Below are positions 19,249 to 29,921 of a stretch of 64,000 bases of DNA, piece by piece. The position numbers were made by a program, and so were the translations under genes. The notes beneath the pieces were generated by a model. It saw only the letters and a program-made list of their open reading frames with translations, searched no databases and had not been told where the DNA came from. Origin of the DNA: Terriglobia bacterium. GTDB lineage: Bacteria > Acidobacteriota > Terriglobia > Acidiferrales > UBA7541. Each line of letters starts with the position of its first letter. Position 1 is the first letter of the stretch. The stretch lies in the NCBI GenBank assembly GCA_963695545.1, contig OY968796.1, positions 1,824,001 to 1,888,000 of the forward strand, read 5' to 3'.

Positions 19249-20784
19249 CTACGTGACTTTTCGGAAACGCGCGGCCATGTAGGGTTTCCTTGGGAGCTTC
19301 AATTTGCTATTGCCGCTGAAGGTTCCCGTGACCGGGGTGATGGTCATTTCCCACGGATCGATAATCTCGGCGCTGAATTTCGCATCCTGCGGAAGCGGAA
19401 ATTCGTAGTCCGCAGGTTGGTGATAATCGAAATAATAGAGATAAAGCTGTCCCGGTTCGCCTGCGGAAAGATAATACGAGCCGTCATATTGTGTGAGACC
19501 GGTGGAGGTGGATTGTTCGACGAGCTTGCGCAGGAAACCGATTCGCGCCGGGCTTTCTCCGTGCATTGCGCCGCCATTCGCGGATTCGGGCACGCCGGCC
19601 GGCCCCTCGTAGGTCTGGCCATGCGTGGCATAGGTGCCGGCCACGGCGCTCAGCCAGAAGCGCCGCGTCATTTCCTGCGCGGAAAGATTTCCCCAACGGC
19701 GCGCGATGTTGCCTTCGTACTGAATTTCATCGAAGACGATGGGTTTATTCCATTCCACGCGCCACTCCGCCGCGTGGTCGAAGGCGTAATTTTGCAGGCT
19801 CGCGTGGGTCACCCAAGCTTTCGAGTAATCGTAGAGCACTCTGCTGTAGTGGATGGAGCGCAGATGATTGGAGGGGTCGGATTCCTGCACGATGCGGAAA
19901 AATCTATCCCAATCGGCGGGGGTTTTTTCTTTGAACAGGTCGTATTCGTTGGCGATGGACCACCAGACGTTCCGATACGAGGCGAAGCGCGCGATCACGT
20001 AGCGCAGATAGCGATCGTCGGCATCCGCGGGCATCGATTTGTAACCCCAGGAGTCGTAGGGATGAAAGAGAATCAAGTCGGCCTGAATGTCCATTTCCAT
20101 CAAATCTTGCACGCGCTTTTCGATGTGCTGGAAGTACGCCGGGTTCAACTGCGTGAGGTCGTTGCTGCCATCGGCCTGGCGCACGAAGGGGAAAGCGAAC
20201 AGCGGCGCGTTGTCGATGGGTTTCGGAAGAACGCACATGCGCACTTTGTTGAAAGGACCGGCGCGCAGCGTGGCGAGCGTTTCTTCTTCGAGCGCGTCGC
20301 CCAGATAGGCCCAGGCGTAACACGTGGTGCCGAAAGGAAAAAAGGGGGTGCCATCAGCATGCTGGAAGTGAAACGTGTGAGCCACTTGGACCGGTCCATG
20401 ATTGCCCTCCGCGGGCGCGACGCATTGGAACGAGCCGGTTTTCCCGGCCAAGCTGTCCGCGTTGCTTACGGTTTCGTAGGACCACTCGCCGGTGGAATCG
20501 GGCATGAAGCGCACGCGGTACACACCGGCGCCATCGTAGAAGCCGGGGACATTCACGGTGCGATTTTCGAGTGTGAAGCGCGCGCCGAACTGCACGTCCA
20601 CAAATGGATTGCCGATTGAGGGACCGCCTAAGGACGCCTCGAACGCCGCCCATTGCTCGACATCGTGGTGGCGCATTCCGCTTTCGTCCGTTGGGCCGGC
20701 TTGTGCGGCGGCCATCGCGGGATAAAGTCCGGAGACCGCTCCGGCGCCTATCTTGAGGAGATCACGTCGATTCATGGACTCCAT
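19249..20784 (-). CDS. DUF5060/DUF4038/DUF5605 protein (apiosidase-like putative glycoside hydrolase), Tat-exported
   Basis: MNRRDLLK Tat motif; GNPF, GFYDG, RFMP, GTTCYAW, PFNKVRM, WSIANEYD and DEIQYEG motifs. Confidence 0.75.
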   Translation of the reverse strand: MESMNRRDLLKIGAGAVSGLYPAMAAAQAGPTDESGMRHHDVEQWAAFEASLGGPSIGNPFVDVQFGARFTLENRTVNVPGFYDGAGVYRVRFMPDSTGEWSYETVSNADSLAGKTGSFQCVAPAEGNHGPVQVAHTFHFQHADGTPFFPFGTTCYAWAYLGDALEEETLATLRAGPFNKVRMCVLPKPIDNAPLFAFPFVRQADGSNDLTQLNPAYFQHIEKRVQDLMEMDIQADLILFHPYDSWGYKSMPADADDRYLRYVIARFASYRNVWWSIANEYDLFKEKTPADWDRFFRIVQESDPSNHLRSIHYSRVLYDYSKAWVTHASLQNYAFDHAAEWRVEWNKPIVFDEIQYEGNIARRWGNLSAQEMTRRFWLSAVAGTYATHGQTYEGPAGVPESANGGAMHGESPARIGFLRKLVEQSTSTGLTQYDGSYYLSAGEPGQLYLYYFDYHQPADYEFPLPQDAKFSAEIIDPWEMTITPVTGTFSGNSKLKLPRKPYMAARFRKVT

Positions 20785-21005
20785 TCCCGATGTTCCAGAT
20801 TGCCTGGCGGCGCTTGACGGAAATCATCGCTGGCCGCACATTCTTACCAGCCGTGCAGAACGGGTGTCAATCATCGGAACATGTAATTTTCAACCAAATC
20901 ACGAGCGCCATATCGGTTGTTCTATATAATGCTCGCGGCGAAGAGGCTGTTTCGCCGTACGCGCGGGCGATTGCGGAATGTGCTTTCAGCGTTTGGGAGA
21001 TGTCC

Positions 21006-22949
21006 ATGAGGGCGTCCTGGAGATTCCGAAAGCGAATTGGCAGCCTGCTGATTGTTTTGTGCGCGGCCGCGCCACTGCATGTCCGCGCACAGTCGGTGGT
21101 GGACCTGCCGGCAATGGCGGCGTCAACGAGTCCTGCGGCGCAGAAGTTTTCGTTTATTTCCGATGGTCCACTGGCGCTGGGATGGGGACGACCGGCGGAA
21201 TTACCGCGAATTTATTTTCACGATGCTCTGCCGGCGTTGTTCACGCGCACGCTGGCATTTGATGGCGATCTCCCCGCGCGCTCCAAGCTCACGTGGCTAT
21301 TCACGGGGCCGCACGCGGGAGTTACCGTGGAGCTGACGCCGAATTCCGTGCGCGTGACCCAACGCTACTACGATTCCTACGGCCTTTCGGCCAGTCCGAT
21401 CGCGCCGACGACGTATCCGGAAAAAATTACGCGCGAGGACGAGGCTTATTATCAAGGCGCGGTGCGCGAATTGACGGTGGTGATGGACGCGCATCTGGCG
21501 CTCGAGGTTCTGTTGAATGGGAAGCTGCTGATTCAGCAGACGTGTTTATTCGACGTGAGCAGGCACCAGCTTTTGCTGACGGCTCCACGAGATCATCACG
21601 ATGAATTTTCGGGCGCGTTGGCGTCGCCGCAAGTAGGCGAAACGACGGTCACGGTGACGCCGGACGAGAAACATCAGACCATGCTGGGATTTGGCGGCAG
21701 CCCCAGCATTCCCGCTTACGCGGAGCTGAGTCCGGAAGGAAAGCAGCGCTACTGGGACATTTTGCGAGCATACAATCTGCTGATCGATCGCGAATATCCG
21801 ATGGGCGCGCGGCTGAAGCCGGACATGTCCAATTTGGACAGCCTGGATGACGCGAGCCCGCACTATTACGGCGACAATTTTCCCAACGGCGAGGTTTCCG
21901 ATTTCGCGTACAGCGCGAAGACGATTCAAATGGGCGGCAGCGTGATTTATGAGATGTGGAATCTGCCGGAGTGGGCGACCAAGAGCTACACGGATTCCAC
22001 GGGGAAGGTTTGGCCGCACGCGGCGAATCCGGACGAATACGCGCGGGCCGTGGTGACCTATTGTGAGTTGGCGAAGGAGCGAACGGGCGCGCCGCCAGCG
22101 ATTGTCGGAATCCAAAATGAGGTGGATCAGCCGCAAGAGATAGCCGATCAGATGGTGAAAACCTTGCGAGCGGCGCTGGACAAAGCGGGATTTTCTTCCG
22201 TGAAGATTCACATGGCGGACGCTTCGTATCTTTATGGCGGAATCGAGCGCGCGAAGGATCTGCAGCGCGATCCTGACGCCTGGAGATTAATCGATTACGC
22301 GGCGAGCCACGTTTATGACTATCAGCAGGTGATGGCGAATCCGGATTTGTACGACGCGCTGCTTGAGCAGATGCACGCGTTGAGTGACGGGAAGCCATAC
22401 CTTTCGACGGAAATCTGCGTGAACGATCCGCGCTACCAAATGCCTTCATACCGCGTGGCGCTCGATGTGGGCCAGCTCTATCACAAGAATCTGACGATTC
22501 TGGATTCCGTGGCGCTGCTTTACTGCTGGCTAATCCTGGATGTGGAACAGCCGACATTTGGGGCGTCGCGATCGCTGCTGGTGCCCGATCGTTTTCACGG
22601 TGACGTGCCGGCGGAATCGAGTTATGAATTGCGCGTTCTGGGCGCTTACAGCCGGCACATATTGAAAGGCATGGTGCGCGTGGGCGCGGCGAGCACGAAT
22701 CCCGATTTGCTGGTGAGCGCGTTTGACGACGGCAAGGGCGGTTCGGTCGTGGTGATGCTGAATCGCTCGGTGACGGCGCAGCGCGTGTCAATTAATTGGG
22801 CGGGGCGCGCGTGGCAGCAGGTGGAGCGCACGAGCCCGTATCTGGATAATGCGGACTCCGCGGCGGGTTCGCTGAGCGCGCGGGTGCAAGTTGTCGAGCC
22901 CGGAGAGATTGTGACGATCTCGACGACGGCGGCGCCTGCGGTGCCGTGA
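21006..22949 (+). CDS. Clan GH-A glycoside hydrolase, GH30-like, with an extra N-terminal domain
   Basis: QTMLGFGGS, GIQNEV (acid/base), ASHVY, STEIC (nucleophile) and a C-terminal beta-sandwich (VSAF, VVMLN); RBS GGAGA. Confidence 0.65.
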   Translation: MRASWRFRKRIGSLLIVLCAAAPLHVRAQSVVDLPAMAASTSPAAQKFSFISDGPLALGWGRPAELPRIYFHDALPALFTRTLAFDGDLPARSKLTWLFTGPHAGVTVELTPNSVRVTQRYYDSYGLSASPIAPTTYPEKITREDEAYYQGAVRELTVVMDAHLALEVLLNGKLLIQQTCLFDVSRHQLLLTAPRDHHDEFSGALASPQVGETTVTVTPDEKHQTMLGFGGSPSIPAYAELSPEGKQRYWDILRAYNLLIDREYPMGARLKPDMSNLDSLDDASPHYYGDNFPNGEVSDFAYSAKTIQMGGSVIYEMWNLPEWATKSYTDSTGKVWPHAANPDEYARAVVTYCELAKERTGAPPAIVGIQNEVDQPQEIADQMVKTLRAALDKAGFSSVKIHMADASYLYGGIERAKDLQRDPDAWRLIDYAASHVYDYQQVMANPDLYDALLEQMHALSDGKPYLSTEICVNDPRYQMPSYRVALDVGQLYHKNLTILDSVALLYCWLILDVEQPTFGASRSLLVPDRFHGDVPAESSYELRVLGAYSRHILKGMVRVGAASTNPDLLVSAFDDGKGGSVVVMLNRSVTAQRVSINWAGRAWQQVERTSPYLDNADSAAGSLSARVQVVEPGEIVTISTTAAPAVP

Positions 22950-23024
22950 TTCATATTTCGCCACGAATTCATTTTCAGAATGTTCGCGCCTTGGGATCGG
23001 AATTGGCGTGAGGGGATTGCGGCC

Positions 23025-25391
23025 ATGAGTTGGCTCGGCAAGGATTCGTGCGGCGCGAAAGTGGCGCGTGTACGCGCCTGGTGTTGCGCGGGGTGCGCAT
23101 GTTTTGCGGCCGTCATGTGTTTGGCAGCGCCGCAGCTGATCCGCGCGCAGGATCCTGTGCACATCACGCACGCATTCACCAACACGGACGCGCAGAGCTT
23201 GATCGGGCTGCCGATGGGAACTTACAAGACGGTGGTTACGAAGCAGGGGTACTTGCGCTGGTCACATTGGAATTTGAAAAACAAACCGCTGGATTCGCCT
23301 TTCGGGTTCGCGGACCAGCTTGATGGAGAGCTGGGCATCGACATCGTCGATGCGGGCGGTTCTCCCGCTGCCGCGCCGTTCAAGGTCCAGAGCCAATCCT
23401 TATATAAGGACCGCTATCCGTTCGTGGTCACGAGGCTCGGCGCCAATGGCTTGGAAATGGAGGAATTGGCTTTTGCCGCCACTTCGAGCCAACAGGCAGT
23501 CGACGTCGTGCGTCTCGAATGCACCAATTCGGGAAATTCGGCTGGCGCCGTGGAACTCAAGTTGAGCGGAAAGCAAAGCAATCTTCCGGGACACGTCCGA
23601 GGCAGCTCGTTGGTCACCGAGAATGGCTACGAAATCGTGGTCGTCGACGCGGGCAACGATCAATCGAAGCAAGTGACATTCGACGCGGCGGACCACGGCT
23701 TAACTTTGCAAATACATTGGAACGTTCCGGCCGGCGCCACGGCGACGCTGTGGCTCAAGCTGCCGAAAGATGCGAAATATTCCAGCGCGGCCGATTGGGC
23801 GAAGACGCCGGGGGCGGCGCTGCTGGCGGGATCGCAAAATATTTGGGAGACAATTTGGAGCCGCGGAATCCACTTCGAGTTGCCGGAAAAAGAATTGGAC
23901 GATTTTTTCTATTCGTCGCTGGCGTACGTCTTGATTCTTACGGAGCGCGATGATCACGGCGATCTTTGGGTGCTCGATGGGCCCACGGGCTACGTGCAGT
24001 ACTGGGGGCGCGGGGAATATTTTCAAGCGCGCGCGCTTGAAGTGTCTGGACATCTCGATACTGCTGAAAATTCCATCGAGCATGCGTTTCATATTCAGAT
24101 GAGCGATGGCGAATGGGATGGTCCGCCGATCGCGGGCTGGCCGGCATGGGACAACATGGGCGGCAACGCCGCGGCCGCGTGGGACTACTATCTTTACACG
24201 CGCAATCGCGAGTGGCTCGCCGCAGCGTATCCGCACTTGCTCGCGGCGGCGCATTGGATCGGCGATCATCGCGAGGAATCTGAACTCGACCAATCCGATT
24301 TGCCCGCGGCGGCCAAGCCGATCCATCGCAGCATTCCGTGGAGTTGCCGGCCGGAGACGAGTCCGCCGCTATTGACTGGCGAGAAACCATACTGGTATGG
24401 GCTGTTGCCCTGGGCCTATGGTGATAGCGGGTTGCCCGAAGGGCATGCGTACGCGCACAATTTTTTCGCGCTGTACGCGGTGAAAGTGGCGTGGAACGCC
24501 GCCGAGAAATTGGGGCATCCGGAAGATGCGGCGTGGCTCGCGAAGGAATATGCGGATTACAAGGCTGACATTCTTGCTTCAGTCGCGCGCTCGGTAGCGC
24601 TCGAGAAGGAATCGCCGCCATATTTGCCCGCGATGCCTACGAATCCCGAGGCACCGTATTCGCAGACTTTTGTCGCCGTGTATCCGACGCAACTTTATTT
24701 GCCGGAAGATACGCTGATCACGGGACTTCTCGAGCGCGTGGAGCGCAGCGAACACGAGGGGCTGCCGACCAACATGGCTTGGATGGGTGCGGGCGGCGTG
24801 TGGCCGGGCGAATCGATGAACGTCGCGGAGACATATTTGCTGCGCGGCGACGTTGCCAAAACCGTGGATCTGCTGATCGCGGCGCTCAATTATTCGTACA
24901 CGACGAACGTGTGGAAGGAAGAGATTCGCGTCGATAAAACTCAGCCGCGTTCCTGCGTCGGAGAAAAAAAGGGCGAGAACCAGGAAGGCACGGGCGATAT
25001 GCCCGAAGCGTGGGGCAACGCGAACCTCGTCAATTTGCTGCGCGACATGCTGCTGCAGGAGCGGGATGACGGCTTGGAAGTGATGGCCGGCGTTCCGGCA
25101 AATTGGATCGAAGTCGGTCAGCAGATCGCGTTGCAGAACACGCCGGTCACGCTGGGCGGATCGGCATCTTTCCGGCTGCGCTATGAGAGCGCCGGAAAAA
25201 TGGTGCTGAGCATTTCCTCGTCGGCGCGACCAGCCCTCGTGACCATTCACTTCCCGATCGACTTGCAGACGCACACGATCACGGGTGTGCTCGTGAATGG
25301 AAAGCCTGTCGAACAGGCGAGTGCTGCGCAGGCAATCGTGAAACTCACGGACATGCAATCGCCAACCACGGTGGAGGTCGATTTTCACTGA
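23025..25391 (+). CDS. Putative six-hairpin (alpha/alpha)6 glycosidase, family unassigned
   Basis: Signal peptide, beta-rich N-terminus, Y..YWGR, WDYYLYTRN.EWL...YP, YGLLP, GDMP.AW and a C-terminal GVP..W....PVTLG segment. Confidence 0.6.
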   Translation: MSWLGKDSCGAKVARVRAWCCAGCACFAAVMCLAAPQLIRAQDPVHITHAFTNTDAQSLIGLPMGTYKTVVTKQGYLRWSHWNLKNKPLDSPFGFADQLDGELGIDIVDAGGSPAAAPFKVQSQSLYKDRYPFVVTRLGANGLEMEELAFAATSSQQAVDVVRLECTNSGNSAGAVELKLSGKQSNLPGHVRGSSLVTENGYEIVVVDAGNDQSKQVTFDAADHGLTLQIHWNVPAGATATLWLKLPKDAKYSSAADWAKTPGAALLAGSQNIWETIWSRGIHFELPEKELDDFFYSSLAYVLILTERDDHGDLWVLDGPTGYVQYWGRGEYFQARALEVSGHLDTAENSIEHAFHIQMSDGEWDGPPIAGWPAWDNMGGNAAAAWDYYLYTRNREWLAAAYPHLLAAAHWIGDHREESELDQSDLPAAAKPIHRSIPWSCRPETSPPLLTGEKPYWYGLLPWAYGDSGLPEGHAYAHNFFALYAVKVAWNAAEKLGHPEDAAWLAKEYADYKADILASVARSVALEKESPPYLPAMPTNPEAPYSQTFVAVYPTQLYLPEDTLITGLLERVERSEHEGLPTNMAWMGAGGVWPGESMNVAETYLLRGDVAKTVDLLIAALNYSYTTNVWKEEIRVDKTQPRSCVGEKKGENQEGTGDMPEAWGNANLVNLLRDMLLQERDDGLEVMAGVPANWIEVGQQIALQNTPVTLGGSASFRLRYESAGKMVLSISSSARPALVTIHFPIDLQTHTITGVLVNGKPVEQASAAQAIVKLTDMQSPTTVEVDFH

Positions 25392-25431
25392 AGCGCTCTG
25401 AATCCTACGACGCTATTCCGGGACCTCTTGC

Positions 25432-26844
25432 ATGAATCGTCGCGAATTTCTTCGCAATCTTGGCGCTTCCGCAGCTTTAGCCGCTGTGTCGCGGACTTCG
25501 CTGGCCGCGATAGACGCGCCGCCGGCTTCGCTCGAAATCGACAGCCGAACTGCCGAAGCCCCGGTACCCTCGAATTTCACCGGACTGAGCTACGAATCGG
25601 CGCAACTGGCCAATCCGGATTTTTTTTCCGCTGGCAACTCACAGCTCATTGAACTGGTTCGCTCGCTTGGATCGGAAGGCGTGCTGCGCCTTGGCGGAGG
25701 GACAAGTGAATTCACGGAATGGTCCGATGTGGAAACGCAGGAGGCCGCGCCGTTAGATTCGTTTGGTCCTGACACGAGCAAGACCGTGAAATCGAGCTTT
25801 ACGATCACGCCACTCGCGATTCGCAATCTGCGCGCGTTTCTCGACGCCACAGGCTGGCAATTGCTGTATGGATTGAAAGCCGCGCGCGGCACGCCGGAAG
25901 AAGCTGCGGCGGAAGCGGAATTTGTGCAACGCACGATCGGGCCGCGACTGGCGGCGTTTCAGATCGGCAATGAGCCGGATGCCTGGCGCAATCGCTACTT
26001 TCCGGCGAGTTGGGGATTCCAGGATTACAGCGCGCTTTGGAAACAATTTCACGACGCGATTGTGCAGCGCGTTCCGCAAGCGCGTTTCGCGGGACCGGAC
26101 GTTTCAAATCACATGGATTGGGTGGTGCAATTTGCGGCGCAGGCTCACACCGACGTCATCTTATTGACGGGGCACTACTACGCAGAGGGTCCCGCGAGCA
26201 GTCCCACAGCCACGATGGATCGATTGCTCTCGCCCAATCCGAAGCTGGACAAAGATTTGACCGATGTGATGCAAGCCTCGCGCGCGGCTGGAATCCCTTA
26301 CAGGATGACGGAGGGGAATTCCTGCTGGGATGGCGGCAAGCCGGGCGTCAGCGATACGCTTGGTTCCGCGCTGTGGGCCGCGGACATGATGCTGCAGTTT
26401 GCGCAGGCGGGCTGCGCGGGGGTGGATCTGCACGGCGGTGGCAATGGTTACTACACGCCGATCGCGGGCGGCATGCGCGATGGTTTCACGCCGAGGCCCG
26501 AATATTATGGGATGCAATTCGCCGAGTTGTTTTCCGGCAGTACGCTCGTGAAAAGCACGCTCGCGAACGCCAACGATCGTTTGACGGCTTATGCCGCGGA
26601 AAAAGATGGCGCACTACATCTGGCGCTCATCAATAAAGGCGCGGAGAATGCGGCGGTTTCGCTGAACGAAACCGTTTTCCACAAAAATTCAAAAAAACAA
26701 AAGACCTGGATGCTGACCGGGCCTTCGCTCAAGAGCACGCAAAATGTGACGCTCGCCGCCGTGGATGGAAGCCGGCACGCGTCGAATCCGATTCCCGTTC
26801 CGGCGCACAGCGCCGTGCTCTGGAGTTTGCAAGGCGCGGAATAA
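25432..26844 (+). CDS. GH79 beta-glucuronidase-like, Tat-exported
   Basis: MNRREFL Tat motif; GLSYE, LRLGGGTS, GNEPD, HYY, TEGNSC..GGKPGVSD and HGG motifs. Confidence 0.85.
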   Translation: MNRREFLRNLGASAALAAVSRTSLAAIDAPPASLEIDSRTAEAPVPSNFTGLSYESAQLANPDFFSAGNSQLIELVRSLGSEGVLRLGGGTSEFTEWSDVETQEAAPLDSFGPDTSKTVKSSFTITPLAIRNLRAFLDATGWQLLYGLKAARGTPEEAAAEAEFVQRTIGPRLAAFQIGNEPDAWRNRYFPASWGFQDYSALWKQFHDAIVQRVPQARFAGPDVSNHMDWVVQFAAQAHTDVILLTGHYYAEGPASSPTATMDRLLSPNPKLDKDLTDVMQASRAAGIPYRMTEGNSCWDGGKPGVSDTLGSALWAADMMLQFAQAGCAGVDLHGGGNGYYTPIAGGMRDGFTPRPEYYGMQFAELFSGSTLVKSTLANANDRLTAYAAEKDGALHLALINKGAENAAVSLNETVFHKNSKKQKTWMLTGPSLKSTQNVTLAAVDGSRHASNPIPVPAHSAVLWSLQGAE

Positions 26845-26859
26845 TTAAGGACCTGATTC

Positions 26860-29313
26860 GTGAAGAAATCAGTTACCGGGCTGACGCGTCGCACGTTCTT
26901 GCAACATTCGGCGTTGGCCGCAACCTACCTTTCGCAGCCGTCGCTATGGAAGGAAAATCTCGCATTTGCGCAGGACGCGGCGCGCACGCCGTACATTTTA
27001 TTCTTCAAGCATCCGGCTCAGGTCTGGACCGAGGCTTTGCCTATCGTCAATGGCTGTTTGGGGGCGATGGTCTTCGGCGCAACTGGCCGAGAACACATCC
27101 AACTCAATCACGACGGCGCGTGGGACGGCGAAATCCGCGATCGCAACAATCCTGCCGCGGGCGCGGCGGTGCCGGAAATCAGGCGACTATTATTTGCTGG
27201 CAAAGTAAAAGAAGCCGAAGCGCTCGCCGCGAGCGACATGCTTGCGATTCCACGGCGTTTGCCGCTATACGAAACGCTCGGTGACTTGTGGCTCGATTTC
27301 GGCGCGACGGATAACATAACTGACTATCGGCGCGAGCTCGATTTGCAGAACGGAATTGCCGGCGTTCGCTATCGTGTAGCCGGCGTTGAATATCGCCGCG
27401 AAATTTTCAGCTCTGCGCCGGATCAGGTCATTGTCGCGCGCTTCGAGGCCGGGACGAAGGGCGCGCTGTCATTTAGCATGGATCGTCCCGCCAGCAGCCA
27501 AGCGACGGTGATCGCGCCGAATCGCCTGGTGATGACCGGCGAAGCGCTGCCTCCGGTCGTCGGCGATCCGACGACGACCGAACGCAACGTTGGCATCGCG
27601 TTTCGCGCGGAAGTACTCGCGCTAACCGAAGGCGGCACGATCACGGCGACGGGTGGTAGCTTGCAGATCACCGGCGCAGACGCCGTCACATTATTGATTG
27701 CGGCGACTTCGCACCATTACACGAGCGACCTGGCCGGAGCGTGCGAACTCGCACTGAATGCGGCAAATGCGAAAACCTACACGGAGCTTCGCCGGCGCCA
27801 CGTGGAGGATCATCGAGATTTATTTGATCGCGCGGAAGTGAAACTCACGAACGAGGCAGACCCGAATGCCGATGTCCCAACCGACGAGCGTTTGGAGCAC
27901 GTGAAGGACGGCGGCGAGGATCCGCATCTCATCGGAATTTATTACCAGTTTGGCCGTTATCTGCTGATCGGCAGCAGCCGGCCGAAAACGATGGCGGCGA
28001 ATCTGCAGGGAATTTGGAACGACAGCCTGAATCCGCCGTGGGGCAGCAAATATACGATCAACATCAACACGGAGATGAATTACTGGCTCGCGAATCCCGC
28101 GAATCTCGCGGAACTTCAGATGCCGCTGTTCGACCTGATCGATTCGACGCGCGAGCCGGGCGCCGTCACCGCGCGGAAATATTACAACTCGCGCGGTTTC
28201 GTCGCGCACCACAACACGGACATTTGGGGCGATGCCGTGCCCATCGACGGCGTACCCTCCGGCATCTGGCCGATGGGTGCAGCGTGGCTATCGACGCATC
28301 TTTGGACCGCGTATGAGTACAGCGGCGACGCGAGTTTCCTGGCCCAGCGCGCGTATCCGGTTCTGCGCGAAATCGCCGAATTCTTCTTGGACTACCTGGT
28401 CGAATCCCCCGGCGGTTTCCTGGTGACGGGCCCTTCGCTGTCTCCTGAAAATCGATATCTGCTGCCCGATGGAACTCCGGCTTCCCTGTGCATGGGACCC
28501 ACGATGGATATCGAAATCACGCGCGCGGTGTTCACGCGCGTGATCCTTGCTAGCCAAATTCTAAAGACAGACGAAGAATTGCGCGCGCGCGTTCAATCGG
28601 CGATGGAGAAACTGCCTCCGTTCAAAATCACATCGCTCGGCACTCTGCAGGAATGGCCGGAAGACTATCCGGAGCAAGAGCCTGGGCATCGGCACATCTC
28701 CCATTTGTGGGCGCTTTTCCCCGACGATCAAATCACGCTGCGCGGAACGCCGGAATTGGCGCAAGCGGCGCGCAAAAGCCTGGAACGCCGTCTGGCGCAC
28801 GGCGGCGGCAGCACGGGCTGGAGCCGCGCGTGGATCGTGAACTGCTGGGCGCGTCTTGAAGATGGCGAGCAGGCCTACCAGAACTTGTTGGCGTTGCTGC
28901 GGCTCTCCACGCTCCAGAACCTGTTCGATGTGTGCGGAATAAAACCAACCTCGTATTATCAGATCGATGGAAATTTCGGCGGCGCGGCCGGCATCATGGA
29001 GATGTTGCTGCAAAGCCACGGCGGCGTGGTGCGTTTTCTGCCGGCGCTGCCCGCGGCATGGCCCAATGGTTCTTTCCGTGGTTTGCGCGCGCGCGGCGGC
29101 TTGGAAGTGGACCTCGCGTGGCAAGATGGGAAGCCCACGCACGCGCGCCTCGCCGCATCGCTCGATCGAGAGCAGAGACTGGCTTCGCCGGGGGCCGCGA
29201 AAATCGTATCGATACGAACCGGCCCATCGAAAGTGGATTTCGTCGAGAGCGCGGACGGTGTGGTTTCCTTCCAGGCGAAGCGCGGTCAAACTTATTCGGT
29301 GCGGTTCGCATAG
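26860..29313 (+). CDS. GH95 alpha-L-fucosidase / alpha-L-galactosidase, Tat-exported
   Basis: RRTFL Tat motif; [50 protein letters not shown] and QIDGNFG motifs. Confidence 0.93.
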   Translation: MKKSVTGLTRRTFLQHSALAATYLSQPSLWKENLAFAQDAARTPYILFFKHPAQVWTEALPIVNGCLGAMVFGATGREHIQLNHDGAWDGEIRDRNNPAAGAAVPEIRRLLFAGKVKEAEALAASDMLAIPRRLPLYETLGDLWLDFGATDNITDYRRELDLQNGIAGVRYRVAGVEYRREIFSSAPDQVIVARFEAGTKGALSFSMDRPASSQATVIAPNRLVMTGEALPPVVGDPTTTERNVGIAFRAEVLALTEGGTITATGGSLQITGADAVTLLIAATSHHYTSDLAGACELALNAANAKTYTELRRRHVEDHRDLFDRAEVKLTNEADPNADVPTDERLEHVKDGGEDPHLIGIYYQFGRYLLIGSSRPKTMAANLQGIWNDSLNPPWGSKYTININTEMNYWLANPANLAELQMPLFDLIDSTREPGAVTARKYYNSRGFVAHHNTDIWGDAVPIDGVPSGIWPMGAAWLSTHLWTAYEYSGDASFLAQRAYPVLREIAEFFLDYLVESPGGFLVTGPSLSPENRYLLPDGTPASLCMGPTMDIEITRAVFTRVILASQILKTDEELRARVQSAMEKLPPFKITSLGTLQEWPEDYPEQEPGHRHISHLWALFPDDQITLRGTPELAQAARKSLERRLAHGGGSTGWSRAWIVNCWARLEDGEQAYQNLLALLRLSTLQNLFDVCGIKPTSYYQIDGNFGGAAGIMEMLLQSHGGVVRFLPALPAAWPNGSFRGLRARGGLEVDLAWQDGKPTHARLAASLDREQRLASPGAAKIVSIRTGPSKVDFVESADGVVSFQAKRGQTYSVRFA

Positions 29314-29342
29314 CGGATCAAGCGCCAACGGCGGCCCATTGC

Positions 29343-29885
29343 ATGACCACACACATTGCCCTATTGCGCGGAGTAAATGTTGGCGGACATCAACTTGTTC
29401 CCATGAGCGATCTACGCGGCCTGGTGACCAAATTGGGCTTCGCCGATGCGCGCTCGCTGCTGCAGAGCGGCAATCTCGTTTTTCGGAGCGATGGCCGCAC
29501 GAGCGCCGAAATCGAGCGGATGTTGGAGATCGGGTTGGAGAAGCGTCTCCGAATTCGTACGGATTCCTTCGTCCGCAGCGCCGCGCAATGGAAAGCGGTG
29601 ATCGCCACGAATCCATTTCGCAAGGAAGCCGAGCGCGATCCGGCGCACCTGGTCGCAATGTTCTTAAAACGCTCGCCGGCTGCAAAGCAAGTGGCGGCGC
29701 TCGAGCAAGCGATTGTTGGCCGCGAAGAAATTCGCGCGCAGGGAAGCGTTATCTACATCGTCTATCCGGATGGCATCGGAAAATCGAAGCTCACAAACTT
29801 GCTGGTCGATCGAAAACTCGAGACGCGCGGAACCGGAAGAAATTGGAACACCGTGCTCAAGCTCGCCGCGATGAGCGAAGAATGA
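29343..29885 (+). CDS. DUF1697 family protein
   Basis: ALLRGVNVGG, QSGNLVF and T.RNWNT motifs; ATG at 29343. Confidence 0.88.
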   Translation: MTTHIALLRGVNVGGHQLVPMSDLRGLVTKLGFADARSLLQSGNLVFRSDGRTSAEIERMLEIGLEKRLRIRTDSFVRSAAQWKAVIATNPFRKEAERDPAHLVAMFLKRSPAAKQVAALEQAIVGREEIRAQGSVIYIVYPDGIGKSKLTNLLVDRKLETRGTGRNWNTVLKLAAMSEE

Positions 29886-29921
29886 ATCGCCGGCGCCACG
29901 TTTCCCGTTCGCGTAGGCGCG

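Noticed and set aside
19036..20619. Long antisense ORFs (e.g. 19036-20619, 4076-5467, 17155-18381, 14265-15488)
   Set aside because: They shadow well-supported genes on the opposite strand or frame, as expected at high GC, and show no motifs.
28932..29342. N-terminal extension of the DUF1697 ORF
   Set aside because: It overlaps the GH95 3' end; the family motif starts at ATG 29343.
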